From Deltaproteobacteria bacterium (GTDB lineage Bacteria > Myxococcota_A > Polyangia > Polyangiales > Houyiibacteriaceae), in the NCBI GenBank assembly GCA_034670305.1, contig JAXMNT010000010.1:96001-160000 (forward strand): DNA of 64,000 nucleotides, read 5' to 3'. Position numbers and translations under genes: made by a program. Position 1 is the stretch's first letter. Each line of letters begins with the position of its first letter. The notes below the pieces were generated by a model. The model made no database searches. It worked only from the letters and a program-made list of their open reading frames with translations, and had not been told where the DNA came from. Below, in pieces: positions 1 through 10,722 of the stretch.

Positions 1-649
1 TGGCCCCCGTGTCTCCGTGTCCTTGTCGCGCGGCATGGGCACCAGCCATGCCCGCCATCAGCACCAGCCCGTAGAAGATCCCGGTGACCCAACCCGCGCC
101 CCCGCGCAGCCGGTTGTACAGAATCATGGAGACCGCAGTGAACGCAGTCATCAGCGTTCCGTAGAGCATGGGTCGAACCGACCGGCCCATCGGAGTCTCT
201 GCGAATGCCGTGGCCACCAGCGCACCGGCGACGAGTCCCGGCCCGAGTCCCGCGAGTGTGCTCCCCGCTTTCAACGACCAGTCGTGGCGCTCGCTCAGCC
301 GCCGAAGCGCAAGGCCCAAGGCCAGCGGGAGGAGGGCGGGCAGGATCCACGCGCCGTGTTCGTCGGGGTCCGTCGTCTCGACGGCCGCCGCGATGCCTCC
401 CCCCACGAGGATCCCCAGGTGTGCGCCCCCGACCGCCCACCCGCTGTACCGTCGCCGCCCCTGAAACCGGGGCTCGTCGACCTCCTCTTCAGGCGTCGCC
501 GCAACCGCATCCGCCTCGACCTTCCGCTGAATGGCGCCCGCCTCGTCCTGAGGATCGATGTCCGGCGGAGGCGCCGCCGCCGCATGAACGGTCGACCCCG
601 ACGCCAACGCCAAGACCAGAACCAACCCCGCCCGAACGATGCACTCCAT
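1..649 (-). CDS. Hypothetical membrane protein with N-terminal signal peptide (runs off the window start)
   Basis: Manual translation from ATG at 649: MECIVRAGLVLVLALASGSTVHA..., then several hydrophobic helices. Open to position 1, GC3-rich codons. Absent from the ORF track because there is no stop in the window. Confidence 0.7.
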   Translation of the reverse strand, partial: MECIVRAGLVLVLALASGSTVHAAAAPPPDIDPQDEAGAIQRKVEADAVAATPEEEVDEPRFQGRRRYSGWAVGGAHLGILVGGGIAAAVETTDPDEHGAWILPALLPLALGLALRRLSERHDWSLKAGSTLAGLGPGLVAGALVATAFAETPMGRSVRPMLYGTLMTAFTAVSMILYNRLRGGAGWVTGIFYGLVLMAGMAGAHAARQGHGDTGA

Positions 650-762
650 GCCGACCCAACGGCGAACCGCTCTGGGGGCTTACACCCGGAGGATGGCAGA
701 GAGGATGCGCTTCGCCGGTACGTGCCCGTGCCCGTTGGGATCTGAATCCGAACGAGCCGTCG

Positions 763-1740
763 TCAGCCGCGAACCGCCCCGCACACCTCGGCCCCATCGA
801 CCCACACACTCCCATCCACCGGCAGCAACACCATCTGCTGCACCGTGATCTCCATCTTCACCTCCGGATCCCCGAGGATGGAGAACGCCTGAGGCGGCGT
901 CAGGTGCGTGTTCGCGAGCAGCCGCGCGCGGTCGAATCGCTGGCACGCCGTGGCGCCGAGGATCCCGCGCGCGCCGCCATCGGTCAGGCTGCGGTAGTCG
1001 TTCGTGACCACCAAGGGACCAGCATCAACCGTGCGCAGCGCGTGGCGCGATGGGGTGCGCTCGACCACCACGCGATCGCCTGGGCGCGCGCCGACCACGA
1101 GCAGCAGACAATCGGACGCGATGGGCGTCTCCGCCAGGCGCAGCACCGCCTCGTCGAAGTCTGACGCGGTCTCCAGCACTTCGCGGATCAAGAACGTGAC
1201 TGGCGTCTGCACCGCGGGTGGGTCCTCGCTCAAGACCGCGTTGAGCGTGACCGAGAACTTGCCGGGCGCGACGCCGCTGAACGCACCGATGAACCCAGGC
1301 CAGCCCACCGTCCGGGCTACGACGCGTCCGCTCCGCCGCAACTCGAAGACGGCCGTGTGCTTCTGCAAGACCTTGTGCGGTGCATGCCAGTCGAGGTTGC
1401 GCGCATGCAGCGGACCAGACGCCGTGTCGACCCCGAACGCGGTGCAGCCGAGCAAACCGGAGAACGCGAACTTAAGCGCGTCGTAGTAGAGGTTCGCGAG
1501 CGCGGCGTGTGCATGGGGCCGCCCGGCGATCGCGGCCACGGCGTCGAGCTCGGCGCGCTGCTCGACCGTGAGGCATTGCGCTTCGTAGCCCGCGAGCAGA
1601 GGCGTGTACTCGTCCACCCCACCCAGGTCCTCGAGGTAGACGTCGCAGAGCTTACGAATCGCGGACGCGTGAGGGGCGAGCCCGCGCCACCGGGTGGCGG
1701 GCGGGTCGTCGAGGTCGATGGCGAAGACGGGCGTGGACAT
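763..1740 (-). CDS. Acid ceramidase/NAAA-like Ntn-hydrolase (C45/choloylglycine hydrolase-like)
   Basis: N-terminal '[13 protein letters not shown]', autocleavage-site 'GCTAF', 'HARNLDW', 'GWPGFIG' and 'VVTND' motifs. Confidence 0.8.
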   Translation of the reverse strand: MSTPVFAIDLDDPPATRWRGLAPHASAIRKLCDVYLEDLGGVDEYTPLLAGYEAQCLTVEQRAELDAVAAIAGRPHAHAALANLYYDALKFAFSGLLGCTAFGVDTASGPLHARNLDWHAPHKVLQKHTAVFELRRSGRVVARTVGWPGFIGAFSGVAPGKFSVTLNAVLSEDPPAVQTPVTFLIREVLETASDFDEAVLRLAETPIASDCLLLVVGARPGDRVVVERTPSRHALRTVDAGPLVVTNDYRSLTDGGARGILGATACQRFDRARLLANTHLTPPQAFSILGDPEVKMEITVQQMVLLPVDGSVWVDGAEVCGAVRG

Positions 1741-1803
1741 GACGGGGCCGGCCAGAGTGGGTCCGACTCGGTGCTTGGCAAGGCCGTCCGAGTCGATAGA
1801 GGA

Positions 1804-2022
<219 letters not shown>

Positions 2023-2048
2023 CGAACCGAATCCTCTCCTTCGGTTCG

Positions 2049-3140
2049 CTACGGCAGCAGGTTGAGGCGGCCTTGGCGGTAGCCGCTGGGATCGAGATGC
2101 ACTCTCTGGAAGCCGGTGGCGCGGAGCGCGCATTCGATCTCGGCGAAGAGGTCGCGGGCGCGGGGGAGTTCGTCTTGGCCGACTTCGAGGCTGGCCTCTT
2201 CTCCGAACCAGCGGACGCGGACCACGCGGAAGTCGAGCGCGCGCATTGCGCGTTCGGCGGCAGCGACTTGGGCGAGGCGCGCAGCGGTGATCTCGGTGCC
2301 GTAGGGAAAGCGGCTCGAGAGGCAGGCGAGCGCCGGTTTGTCCCAGACCGGCAGACCGAGTGCGTGGGCCGCCGCGCGGATGTCCGCTTTGGTGAAGCGG
2401 TGGTCGTCGAGCGGGGAGCGCACGCCGAGTTCCTTGGCGGCTTTGCGTCCCGGACGGTGGTCGCCCCGATCGTCGAGGTTGAACCCGTCGACGACCACCG
2501 CGAAGCCATGCTCCGTCGCGAAGCGGCGGGCCGCACCGTAGACCTCGGTCTTGCAGAAGTAGCAGCGGTTCTTCGGGTTGGTCGTGTAGCGCGCGTCGTC
2601 GAGCTCGTGGGTGTCGACCAGCGCATGCGGCGCGCCGAGCGACGCGGCGATCTCGGCCGCGTGCGCGCGCTCCTGGGGATCCAGGCTCGCAGACACCGCA
2701 GTGAATGCGTGCGCCCTCCCCGGCCCGAGGGCACGCACCGCCTCGGCGAGCAGATACGACGAGTCGACCCCACCACTGAAACACACGAGCACGGACGGCT
2801 GCGACGACAACCAAGTCCGCAGCCCAGAAGCGGAACCGGAACCGGAACCGGAAGCGGAACCGGAGGCGGAAGCGGAAGCGGAGGCGGACGCGGAAGCGGT
2901 ACCGGAAGCGACAGCGGAAGCGGTACCGGAAGCGACAGCGGAAGCGGAACCGGAAGCGGCTTCGGCGTCGGAATCGGCTTCGGCGTCGGAATCGGCTTCG
3001 GCGTCGGCGTCGGCTTCGGCTTCGGAATCGGCTTCGGCTTCGGCTTCGGCTGCGGCTTCGGCTTCGGCGTCGGCGTCGGCGTCGGCTTCGGGATCGGCCC
3101 CGCCGCCACGAACCCCACGCACTCGCTCAACCGGCGTCAC
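2049..3140 (-). CDS. larE: LarE ATP-dependent sulfur transferase (NPN cofactor biosynthesis); N-terminus interrupted by an in-frame repeat tract
   Basis: PP-loop '[12 protein letters not shown]', 'NRCYFCK', 'DHRPG', '[16 protein letters not shown]' and 'GYRQG'. Start placed at the GTG overlapping the larC stop (GTGA, 3137-3140); a TTG near 2810 is the alternative. Confidence 0.9.
   Translation of the reverse strand: MTPVERVRGVRGGGADPEADADADAEAEAAAEAEAEADSEAEADADAEADSDAEADSDAEAASGSASAVASGTASAVASGTASASASASASASGSASGSGSGSASGLRTWLSSQPSVLVCFSGGVDSSYLLAEAVRALGPGRAHAFTAVSASLDPQERAHAAEIAASLGAPHALVDTHELDDARYTTNPKNRCYFCKTEVYGAARRFATEHGFAVVVDGFNLDDRGDHRPGRKAAKELGVRSPLDDHRFTKADIRAAAHALGLPVWDKPALACLSSRFPYGTEITAARLAQVAAAERAMRALDFRVVRVRWFGEEASLEVGQDELPRARDLFAEIECALRATGFQRVHLDPSGYRQGRLNLLP
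2828..3090. repeat. Bipartite hexamer tract (GCGGAA/CCGGAA)n then (GGCTTC/GGCGTC)n, inside the larE frame
   Basis: Read directly; encodes (EA/DA)n then (SA/SG)n in the larE frame. Confidence 0.95.
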
Positions 3141-4309
3141 GCCGTCCCCGTTCGGAACGCAGCGACCGCCGCTTCGAACACTTCTCCGAGCGGCACGCCG
3201 TGCGTCTCGGCGGCCGCGCGGCACGAATCGAACTCCGGTGCGACCAGCTCGGGCAACCCATCGCCGGAGGCCACCTTCACCTCGAGCGCGCCGAAGCGGG
3301 TCTCGACCGTCACCACGCGGCGCGGCCGCTCGACCCGCTCGACCCCGCGTACCCGCACGCCGAGCGAGCCGGTCTCGGTCAGCAGGATCTCGGTCAGCAC
3401 GTCGCGGGTCGCCGCATCACACAGGGCGCTCAGCATGGTGCCGAGCCGACCCTTCTTCATCGTGATCGGCGTCATCCACGCGTCGCGCGCGCCGGCCGCC
3501 ATCAACCGGGCGAGCGCATAGGCGAGCCGTTCCGGAGGGCAGTCGTCGATGTTGCATTCGATCACCAGGAGCGAGCGGCGCGTCTGCGATCTCTCCGCCA
3601 CGCCCCGCACCACCCGCAATACGTTGGGCCGGTCGGGCAGCTCCCGGGTGCCTGCGCCCCAGCCCACCGCGACCGGCTTCATCGCAGGCCAGCGTACGAA
3701 GCGGGTCGCTTGGGTCGCGACGATGGTCGCGCCGGTCGGCGTGACGAGCTCCGCGTCGACGCCGCCATCGAAGGTGGCCACGCCGCGCAGGCACTCGAGC
3801 GTCGCGGGGGCCGGCAGCGGCAAGACGCCGTGTTGAGAGTGGGTGGTCCCGCGGCCGAGCGGAAGCGGCGACGCGACGATCTCGCCACCGAAGAACTCGA
3901 GGCACGCCGCCACCGCGACGATGTCGACGATCGAGTCGAGCGCGCCGACCTCGTGAAAGTGCACGTCGTCGACCGCGCATCCGTGGACCGCCGCTTCGGC
4001 CTCCGCGAGGCGCGCGAACATCGCGACCGAACGCGCGCGCACGGCCGGCGGGAGCGCCTGGAGCAGTTGCCGGATGTCGCGCCACGTGCGCTGCGGCGCG
4101 TCCTCGAGCGGCTCGACCAGGAACTGCTTCGCCGCGATCCCAGATCGGAACACCGTTCGAACACTTCGTTCGTGGCGCTCCAGTGGCAGCGCCGAGAGCG
4201 CCTCGGTGATCGCGGCCTCCGGTGCGCCCGCGTCCACGAGCGCCGCGACGCACATGTCGCCGGCGATGCCGCTGCCCGACGCGTCCAGAAAGAGCAGGTC
4301 GGGTGTCAC
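3137..4309 (-). CDS. larC: LarC nickel insertase (cyclometallase), single uninterrupted ORF
   Basis: 'GIAGDM', '[16 protein letters not shown]', '[11 protein letters not shown]', 'ELVTPTGA', 'ECNIDD', 'MKKGR' and 'ETGSLGVR'. GTG start overlaps the larB stop. Confidence 0.93.
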   Translation of the reverse strand: MTPDLLFLDASGSGIAGDMCVAALVDAGAPEAAITEALSALPLERHERSVRTVFRSGIAAKQFLVEPLEDAPQRTWRDIRQLLQALPPAVRARSVAMFARLAEAEAAVHGCAVDDVHFHEVGALDSIVDIVAVAACLEFFGGEIVASPLPLGRGTTHSQHGVLPLPAPATLECLRGVATFDGGVDAELVTPTGATIVATQATRFVRWPAMKPVAVGWGAGTRELPDRPNVLRVVRGVAERSQTRRSLLVIECNIDDCPPERLAYALARLMAAGARDAWMTPITMKKGRLGTMLSALCDAATRDVLTEILLTETGSLGVRVRGVERVERPRRVVTVETRFGALEVKVASGDGLPELVAPEFDSCRAAAETHGVPLGEVFEAAVAAFRTGTA

Positions 4310-5055
4310 TCGGACCTCGACGACACGATGCGGGCGGCGAGGCATGCCGCGCCGAAGCCGTTGTCGATGTTCACCACAGCGACCCCTGGCGCGCAGCCGC
4401 TCAGCATGCCGAGCAGCGCCGCGAGCCCACCGAAGCTCGCGCCGTAGCCCACGCTCGTCGGCACCGCGACGATGGGCCGGCTGGTGAGGCCCGCCACCAC
4501 GCTCGCGAGCGCGCCCTCCATGCCCGCGATCACCAGAAGCACATCGGCGCGTTCCAGCAGCGGCCGATGGGCGGCGATGCGGTGCAGTCCCGCGACGCCC
4601 ACGTCGTCGAGCCGTTCGACGCCGTACCCGAAGGCGCGCGCGGTGACCTCGGCCTCCTGCGCGACGAACCGGTCGCTGGTGCCCGCACACACGATGACGA
4701 AGGTGTGCGGGCGGCTCGGCCGCGCGTCCCAGACGACCGTGCGGGCGAGCGGATCGTGGTGTGCGTCGGGCAGCGCCGCCACGACCTCCGCGGCCGCGTC
4801 GGGGTCGACCCGGGTCGCGAGCGCGACCCCGTCGGAGGCATGCAGGTCCTTCATGATCTCGACGATCTGCGCGGCGGTCTTGCCCGCCCCGTAGACGACC
4901 TCCGGCAACCCGGTGCGCAGACTGCGGTGGTGGTCGACCTTCGTGTGCACGAGATCGCGAAACGGCAGCTCCGCGAGCTCGGCCATCGCCTCGTCCACCG
5001 CCAGCTCGCCGCCCCGGACGCGTTCGAGCAGCGCACGCACGTGTTCCGGACTCAT
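4306..5055 (-). CDS. larB: LarB NaAD carboxylase/hydrolase (PurE-like)
   Basis: '[22 protein letters not shown]', 'AGTSD', 'DVGVAGLHR', 'AGMEGAL', 'AVPTSVGYG' and '[11 protein letters not shown]'. Confidence 0.95.
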   Translation of the reverse strand: MSPEHVRALLERVRGGELAVDEAMAELAELPFRDLVHTKVDHHRSLRTGLPEVVYGAGKTAAQIVEIMKDLHASDGVALATRVDPDAAAEVVAALPDAHHDPLARTVVWDARPSRPHTFVIVCAGTSDRFVAQEAEVTARAFGYGVERLDDVGVAGLHRIAAHRPLLERADVLLVIAGMEGALASVVAGLTSRPIVAVPTSVGYGASFGGLAALLGMLSGCAPGVAVVNIDNGFGAACLAARIVSSRSE

Positions 5056-5110
5056 CGCGCGCACGGTATCAGCGCGATGGGTACGCACCAATCCGAACCG
5101 GAACTCCAAC

Positions 5111-5395
5111 GGCTTCGGCTTCGGCGTCGGGGTCGGGGTCGGGGTCGGATTCGGCTTCGGCTTCGGCCTCGGCTTCGGCTTCGGCGTCGGTTTCGGCTTC
5201 GGCGTCGGCTTCGGCTTCGGCGTCGGCTTCGGCGTCGGTTTCGGTTTCGGCCTCGGCGTCGGCGTCGGCTTCGGCGTCGGCTTCGGCTTCCGCTTCGGCT
5301 TCGGCTTCGGCTTCGGCTTCGGCTTCCACTTCGGCGTCGGCGACCGCTTCCGCGACCGCTTCCGCTTCCGCTTCCGCTTCGGCTTCCGCTTCCGC
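5111..5395. repeat. Hexamer tract (GGCTTC/GGCGTC)n then (CGCTTC)n
   Basis: Read directly; intergenic between pepA and larB. Confidence 0.95.
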
Positions 5396-5423
5396 TAACG
5401 CGAACGCGACCGCCGCATATGAG

Positions 5424-6869
5424 TCAGCTCTCTGCGTCCTCGCCCGTGCCCTCGTCCTCGTCTTCGGTGAAGAGCTTCTCCACGAGCGCGAAACAGGCGC
5501 GAAGCGCCATCGCTTCGCCTCCACGCGGGCGACCCGGGCGGGTGTCGTTGTTCCAGGCCATCAGATCGAGGTGACCCCAGGTGACGTCGTTCGAGACGAA
5601 GCGGGAGAGAAAGAGCGCTGCGGTGATCGCGCCGCCGAAGCGGGTGCTCGAGGTGTTGCTGACGTCGGCGACCTTCGACTCCAAGTAGCGCTGGTACGGC
5701 GCGTGGAGTGGCATCTGCCAGACCGGATCGTGTTCGCGTCGTCCGAGCTTCTGCAGCGCCACCGCGAGCTGGTCGTCGTTGGTGAAGAGCGCCGGCATCT
5801 CGGTGCCGAGCGCGACGCGAGCGGCGCCGGTCAACGTGGCGAAGTCGAGCAACAACTTCGGCGCATCCATCGACGCTTCGTGGAGGGCGTCGCAAAGCAC
5901 GAGCCGACCTTCGGCGTCGGTGTTGCCGACCTCGACGGTCAGGCCCTTGCGGGTCTGCAGCACATCGAGCGGCCGGAAGGCGTTGCCGGAGATCGAGTTC
6001 TCCACGGCGGGCACGATCATGCGCAGCCGCACCGGGAGCTTCGCGTCCATGATCGCGTGCGCGAGCGCGAGCACGTGGGCGCCGCCGCCCATGTCCTTCT
6101 TCATGATGAGCATGCCGCCAGCCGGCTTGATGTCGAGACCGCCGCTGTCGAAGGTCACGCCCTTGCCGACGAGTGTGACCTTCGGGTGACTGGCGTCGCC
6201 CCACGTCAGGTCGATCACCCGCGGCTCTTTGACGCTCGCGCGGCCCACCGCGTGCACGGCAGGCCAGCCCTTCTTCAAGAGGGCGTCGCCGCGAATGGTC
6301 GTGACCTTCGCGCCGTGCAGGCCCGCGAGCGCGTTGGCGCACGCTTCCATTTCGGCCGGTCCCATGTCCTCGGCTGGGGTGTTGACGAGGTCGCGCACGA
6401 GGTACGTCGCTTCGGCGATGCGCCGCACCGAATCTTTGCGCGCGAGCTCCGGCCACACGAGTTTGCGGGTGGCTTTGGCCGGCGACGCCTTGTAGCGATC
6501 GAACCGGTACGCGGCGAGCGCCCAGCCGAGCGCTGCGGCTTCCGCGTGGCGTTCGTCGGGCAAGCCGTCGAGTTCGTAGCGGCCCTTCGGCACGCTCCCG
6601 AAGAGCCGCGCGTAGACGAAGGGGTCGGCGTCGCTCGGGCGTACGAAGAGCCCGCCCCACACGGTGCCGTCGCGCTTCGGCAACATGGTCGCGCGCCCGA
6701 CGCTGCTCGACCCGGCCGACGACTTCACCCAGTTGCGCACCGCGGCCGGCGCATCCTTGACCCACTTCTTGAGGTCCGATTTGGCGACCGCATGGATCTT
6801 CACGGTGGTCTTGGTCGGGCGCGCGGCGAAAGCCGACGCGACGCGGTCGAACGGGAGGATGTCGGTCAC
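5424..6869 (-). CDS. pepA: M17 leucyl aminopeptidase
   Basis: 'LVGKGVTFDSGGLDIK', 'MKKDMGG', 'NTDAEGRL' and 'ATLTGA'. GTG start inferred. Confidence 0.92.
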   Translation of the reverse strand: MTDILPFDRVASAFAARPTKTTVKIHAVAKSDLKKWVKDAPAAVRNWVKSSAGSSSVGRATMLPKRDGTVWGGLFVRPSDADPFVYARLFGSVPKGRYELDGLPDERHAEAAALGWALAAYRFDRYKASPAKATRKLVWPELARKDSVRRIAEATYLVRDLVNTPAEDMGPAEMEACANALAGLHGAKVTTIRGDALLKKGWPAVHAVGRASVKEPRVIDLTWGDASHPKVTLVGKGVTFDSGGLDIKPAGGMLIMKKDMGGGAHVLALAHAIMDAKLPVRLRMIVPAVENSISGNAFRPLDVLQTRKGLTVEVGNTDAEGRLVLCDALHEASMDAPKLLLDFATLTGAARVALGTEMPALFTNDDQLAVALQKLGRREHDPVWQMPLHAPYQRYLESKVADVSNTSSTRFGGAITAALFLSRFVSNDVTWGHLDLMAWNNDTRPGRPRGGEAMALRACFALVEKLFTEDEDEGTGEDAES

Positions 6870-6975
6870 GGAAGAGCTCCTGGAGATGACGCGTGTCGAG
6901 GGAGACGCATGGGGGAGGCGAGAGGCTGCCGGAGGTTGCCACGGTCTGTTGTGAGACGTCCATGCGCGCGACGTC

Positions 6976-7582
6976 GGTCGCGGGTCGCGGTCGCGGTCGC
7001 GGTCGCGGTCGCGGTCGCGGTCGCTGTCGCCGTCGCTGTCGCTGTCGCGGTCGCTGTCGCGGTCGCTGTCGCTGTCTCTGTCGCTGTCTCTGTCGCTGTC
7101 TCTGTCTCTGTCGCGGTCTCTGTCGCTGTCGCTGTCGCTGTCTCTGTCTCTGTCTCTGTCTCTGTCTCTGTCTCTGTCTCTGTCTCTGTCTCTGTCTCTG
7201 TCTCTGTCTCTGTCTCTGTCGCTGTCGCTGTCGCTGTCTCTGTCTCTGTCTCTGTCGCTGTCTCTGTCTCTGTCTCTGTCTCTGTCTCTGTCTCTGCTTC
7301 GGGCGGAACCCGATGCCGAAGAAGCCGAAGCCGAAGCCGAAGCCGAAACCGATCCCGAACCCGAACCCGAAGCCGAACCCGAAGCCGAACCCGAAGCCGA
7401 ACCCGAAGCCGAACCCGAAGCCGACCCCGACCCCGACCCCGACGCCGAAGCCGAAGCCGAAGCCGACCCCGACCCCGAAGCCGACCCCGAAGCCGACCCC
7501 GAAGCCGAACCCGAAGCCGAACCCGAAGCCGACCCCGATGCCGAAGCCGATCCCGACCCCGATCCCGAAGCCGAATCCGCCG
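6976..7582. repeat. Longest compound tract: (GGTCGC)n,(CTGTCG/CTGTCT)n then (GCCGAA/CCCGAA/CCCGAC)n
   Basis: Read directly; intergenic between DUF362 and pepA. Confidence 0.95.
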
Positions 7583-7605
7583 ACTTCCGGTCCGGGTTTT
7601 GGGGC

Positions 7606-8640
7606 TCAGGCGTCGCGCAGCGCGCGGAGGTGGGGTTCGTCCAGGACTTCGAAGCGCTGGGCGATCGCCTCGATCGCTTCGCCGCGCTGTTCGATGTTCT
7701 TCTCGAGGATCGGGCCGAGCCAGCCGGAGGCGAGCGGAAGGTAGGTGGTCCCAAGGGGGTTGAGGCCCATGAGGCGTGCGCAGGTGGCGTCCACGGCGGG
7801 CAGGTTGCGGCCCATCACGAGGCAGCCGAGTTCCTTCGGGTTGCCCATGATCGGTCCGTCGCCGTCCATACCCACGACTCCGTCCACGATTGCGAAGTCC
7901 GGTTGAATGGTGGCGTTCAGATCCACGATCGACTGCGGGATGCCGGCGCGGTGGAGCGGGTTCTTCGGCCAGCCGTAGACGAGCCCCGGCACGGTGCCGA
8001 AGAAGTTCTTCATCGAGCAGGTGATGCCCGCCCAGTGGTGGGTCTTCATCTTCGGGAGGGAGACCACGAAGTCCGCCTCGAGGACCGTCTTCGGCAACCA
8101 GAGGTGTTCGAAGTGCGAGACGCCGCCGCCGTTCGGCACCTGCACGATCTCGTCGTGGTTCAGATCGACGAAGTCGAGTTCGCCGGCCTCCAGCGTGTCG
8201 ATCATCCCGGACTCGGCGAGCACGAGCCAGCTGTCGCGGCGGTGGCCCTGTCCTTCGGCGAGGAACGGGTCGGCGCCTAGGCCGCGCAGCGCCTGGGCCA
8301 CCGCGAGCACCACCGAGGGATGCGTGTTGATGTGTCCGTGGCCGAGCGCGGTCTCCACGAGGTTCGGTTTCAAGAGCACCCGCTTGCCGGAGAGCTCCGT
8401 CTCGGTGACCCCGAGCACCGCGAAGCCTTCGAGGATCTGCGCCTCGAGCGGGAGCGGTTCGTACGCCGGCGCACGCGCGATGTAGACCGAGGCTGCGAGC
8501 CCGTTCTCCCGGCCGTCGAGCAGCTCGCCGATGGTCGCGGCGGCGGCTCCGGTCGCGAGCACGCCGAGCCCGCGCAGGAGCGTGCGCCTCGAGATCTTCG
8601 CTTCGGACGAAGCAGGCTTGCGCTCTTTGTCAGTCGCCAT
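7606..8640 (-). CDS. DUF362 domain protein with twin-arginine (Tat) signal peptide
   Basis: 'SRRTLLRG' Tat motif plus hydrophobic stretch; DUF362-type 'VLLKPNLV', 'THP', 'SLPKMKTH', 'SMKNFFG', 'IVDG' and 'GDGP'. Confidence 0.85.
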   Translation of the reverse strand: MATDKERKPASSEAKISRRTLLRGLGVLATGAAAATIGELLDGRENGLAASVYIARAPAYEPLPLEAQILEGFAVLGVTETELSGKRVLLKPNLVETALGHGHINTHPSVVLAVAQALRGLGADPFLAEGQGHRRDSWLVLAESGMIDTLEAGELDFVDLNHDEIVQVPNGGGVSHFEHLWLPKTVLEADFVVSLPKMKTHHWAGITCSMKNFFGTVPGLVYGWPKNPLHRAGIPQSIVDLNATIQPDFAIVDGVVGMDGDGPIMGNPKELGCLVMGRNLPAVDATCARLMGLNPLGTTYLPLASGWLGPILEKNIEQRGEAIEAIAQRFEVLDEPHLRALRDA

Positions 8641-9628
8641 CGACCACGCCCTCGTCTCGTGCGCTCGCGTCCGGAACGCCACCCGCGCCGGCCGCGTCCG
8701 GGTCCGCCATGACTGCGCCGACGGGCACGACCGGCTCGGCCGGGATGCGCTGGCCCGCCGGGCCCCACAGCATCGGCTCGGTGTCGCTCAGCGCGAGCAA
8801 GAGGAGCGCGTCGTGCATCGGGTCGGGCGGCCGCCGGCGGGGATGTTCCACGCTGTTCAAGATCCAGTCGTCGCCTTCGGGCATCGCCTCGCCCCAGGCT
8901 CGAAGCGCCATGAGCGACCACGCGAGCGAGATGGGCGCGCGGATGGATCGCACCGCGCCCCGCAGGTAGTCGATGGACCGATCGACCTCGTCGGTGCGCT
9001 CTTCGCCGACGAGCGCCAGAAGCGCCACGCCAGTCGTCGCCGGAAACGGGCGCAAGAGGTTCCGGAGCACCCGCGTGTTGCCGTAGTTCCAGCCGCCTTC
9101 GGGCAAACATCGATCCCGCAGCAGGCGCGCCCCCTCGGCGACCCGCGTGTGGTCGGCGTGACCGGCCGCACGCAATCCGATCATCGCGTAGCCCGTGGGC
9201 TCCACCCACGAGTGTGTCTCCGCGACCCACGACCATCCCTTGATGCTCGGGTCGTGGCCCAGCTGCGGGTCGCGCGCGTAGACCGTGCCGGCCGTGGTGA
9301 GCAGGTGCTGACTCGCTTGGACCGCGAAGTCGTTCTCCGAGCCGCGCACCCGCGCCGCAGCCGCGAGGGCGAGGGAGGTCGGCCAGAGCGGTTCGGGAAG
9401 TTGCATGGTTGCAGGCACCCCACCCCGTTCGTCCTGGATGCTGGCGATCCAGTCGAGCGCGTCGCGCACCAAGGCGGGTGAATCGCTCCGGGCGTGGAGC
9501 GCCAGCGCGGCGAGTGCGGTGGCTTCGGACGCGCCGCCGGTGGTGCGGTACCCGTACGACCAGCGAACGCCCCCGCCCACCGCGGTCCCTCGCCGCAATC
9601 GTTCCAGCAGAGTGTCCGCCGCGCCCAC
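8630..9628 (-). CDS. Prenyltransferase/squalene-oxidase (QW-like) repeat protein
   Basis: Repeated 'IQDERGG', 'GWSW..ETHSWVEPT' and 'EGGWNYGN' motifs; overlaps the DUF362 start. Confidence 0.7.
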   Translation of the reverse strand: MGAADTLLERLRRGTAVGGGVRWSYGYRTTGGASEATALAALALHARSDSPALVRDALDWIASIQDERGGVPATMQLPEPLWPTSLALAAAARVRGSENDFAVQASQHLLTTAGTVYARDPQLGHDPSIKGWSWVAETHSWVEPTGYAMIGLRAAGHADHTRVAEGARLLRDRCLPEGGWNYGNTRVLRNLLRPFPATTGVALLALVGEERTDEVDRSIDYLRGAVRSIRAPISLAWSLMALRAWGEAMPEGDDWILNSVEHPRRRPPDPMHDALLLLALSDTEPMLWGPAGQRIPAEPVVPVGAVMADPDAAGAGGVPDASARDEGVVDGD

Positions 9629-9822
9629 GACCCATCAGAGCACATCCGCACCGCGGCGCACGAGTTCTTCCGTCGGGCCCGCTGCCCGGAGTACGCTCAC
9701 GCCCGATGGCTCTGGGCACACCGCATTCACTGCGATTCGAGAAGCCAGTGCGCGTCGCGCGGACGGCATTGCAACGGACGCCCCATCGAACACCGTGGAG
9801 TCGGACCCAGGGACCACGCTGG

Positions 9823-10722
9823 ATGGTGGGCACCGCGGTGCTCCTGTGTCTGGCGACGTTCGCGCGCCCAGCGGCGGCCCAAGAGGATGCGCGCACGCTC
9901 TTCTTGCGAGGCGCCGAGGCGTACCAAGCCGGCGACTACCCGACGGCAGTCGAGGCGTTCGAGGCATCGTACGCGCAAGCCCCCGTGCCGGTGGTGCTCT
10001 TCAACCTCGCGCAGACCCTCGTGGCGCTCCACCGCCGCGCGGAAGCCATCGACGCGTTCCACCGCTACCTCTCCACCGAAGAGTCGATCGACGCCGAACG
10101 CCAAGCCGCAGTCGAACAGGCGATGCGGGAACTCGAGCGCGAACTCACCCCGGTGCGGATCGAGATCAATGTGCGCGGCGCAGAGGTTCGAGTGGACGGC
10201 CGCGTGCTTGGGGAGAGTCCGTTTCGAGAGACGGTCTACGTGGATGCGGGGCGGCGGCGATTCACCGCCACCGCGGATGGACATGTGGAAGCTTCGCGGA
10301 GTTTGATGCTGCGCGCCGGCACCCAGAGCACGCTCTCGCTTCGGCTCGAACCGATCCCGGTCGAAGGCACGCTGCGGCTGCGCGCCAACGTGCATCCGGC
10401 GATGGTCTTCCTCGACGACACCGAGCTCGGCCGCGCGCCGCTCGATCGCACCGTGCGCGTCGGTGCGCACACGGTGCGGGTCGAAGCGAACGGCTACGAC
10501 GACTTCGAAGAAGCCATCCGCATCGAAGAAGACCAGCGGATCGATCTGCGGGCGGTGCTCGAGGAGCGCAGCCGCGTGGTCGACCAGTGGTGGCTCTGGG
10601 CCGGGCTCGGAGGCGCAGTGCTCCTCGGGGTGATCCTCGCGATCGGACTGACCGTGCCGGCGAGTGTCGACCCGCTCGAAGGATCGCTGCCAACCGTCAA
10701 CGCGCTCTCGGTGGGCCGATGA
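9823..10722 (+). CDS. TPR + PEGA domain membrane/secreted protein
   Basis: Signal-like N-terminus, TPR ('VLFNLAQ'), PEGA-like 'GAEVRVDGRVLGESP' and C-terminal 'WWLW' + TM. Start could be 9706. Confidence 0.75.
   Translation: MVGTAVLLCLATFARPAAAQEDARTLFLRGAEAYQAGDYPTAVEAFEASYAQAPVPVVLFNLAQTLVALHRRAEAIDAFHRYLSTEESIDAERQAAVEQAMRELERELTPVRIEINVRGAEVRVDGRVLGESPFRETVYVDAGRRRFTATADGHVEASRSLMLRAGTQSTLSLRLEPIPVEGTLRLRANVHPAMVFLDDTELGRAPLDRTVRVGAHTVRVEANGYDDFEEAIRIEEDQRIDLRAVLEERSRVVDQWWLWAGLGGAVLLGVILAIGLTVPASVDPLEGSLPTVNALSVGR

Noticed and set aside
3137-4309. Programmed frameshift or His-rich insert in larC
   Set aside because: The ORF is continuous and has no His-rich stretch; this is ordinary variation within the family.
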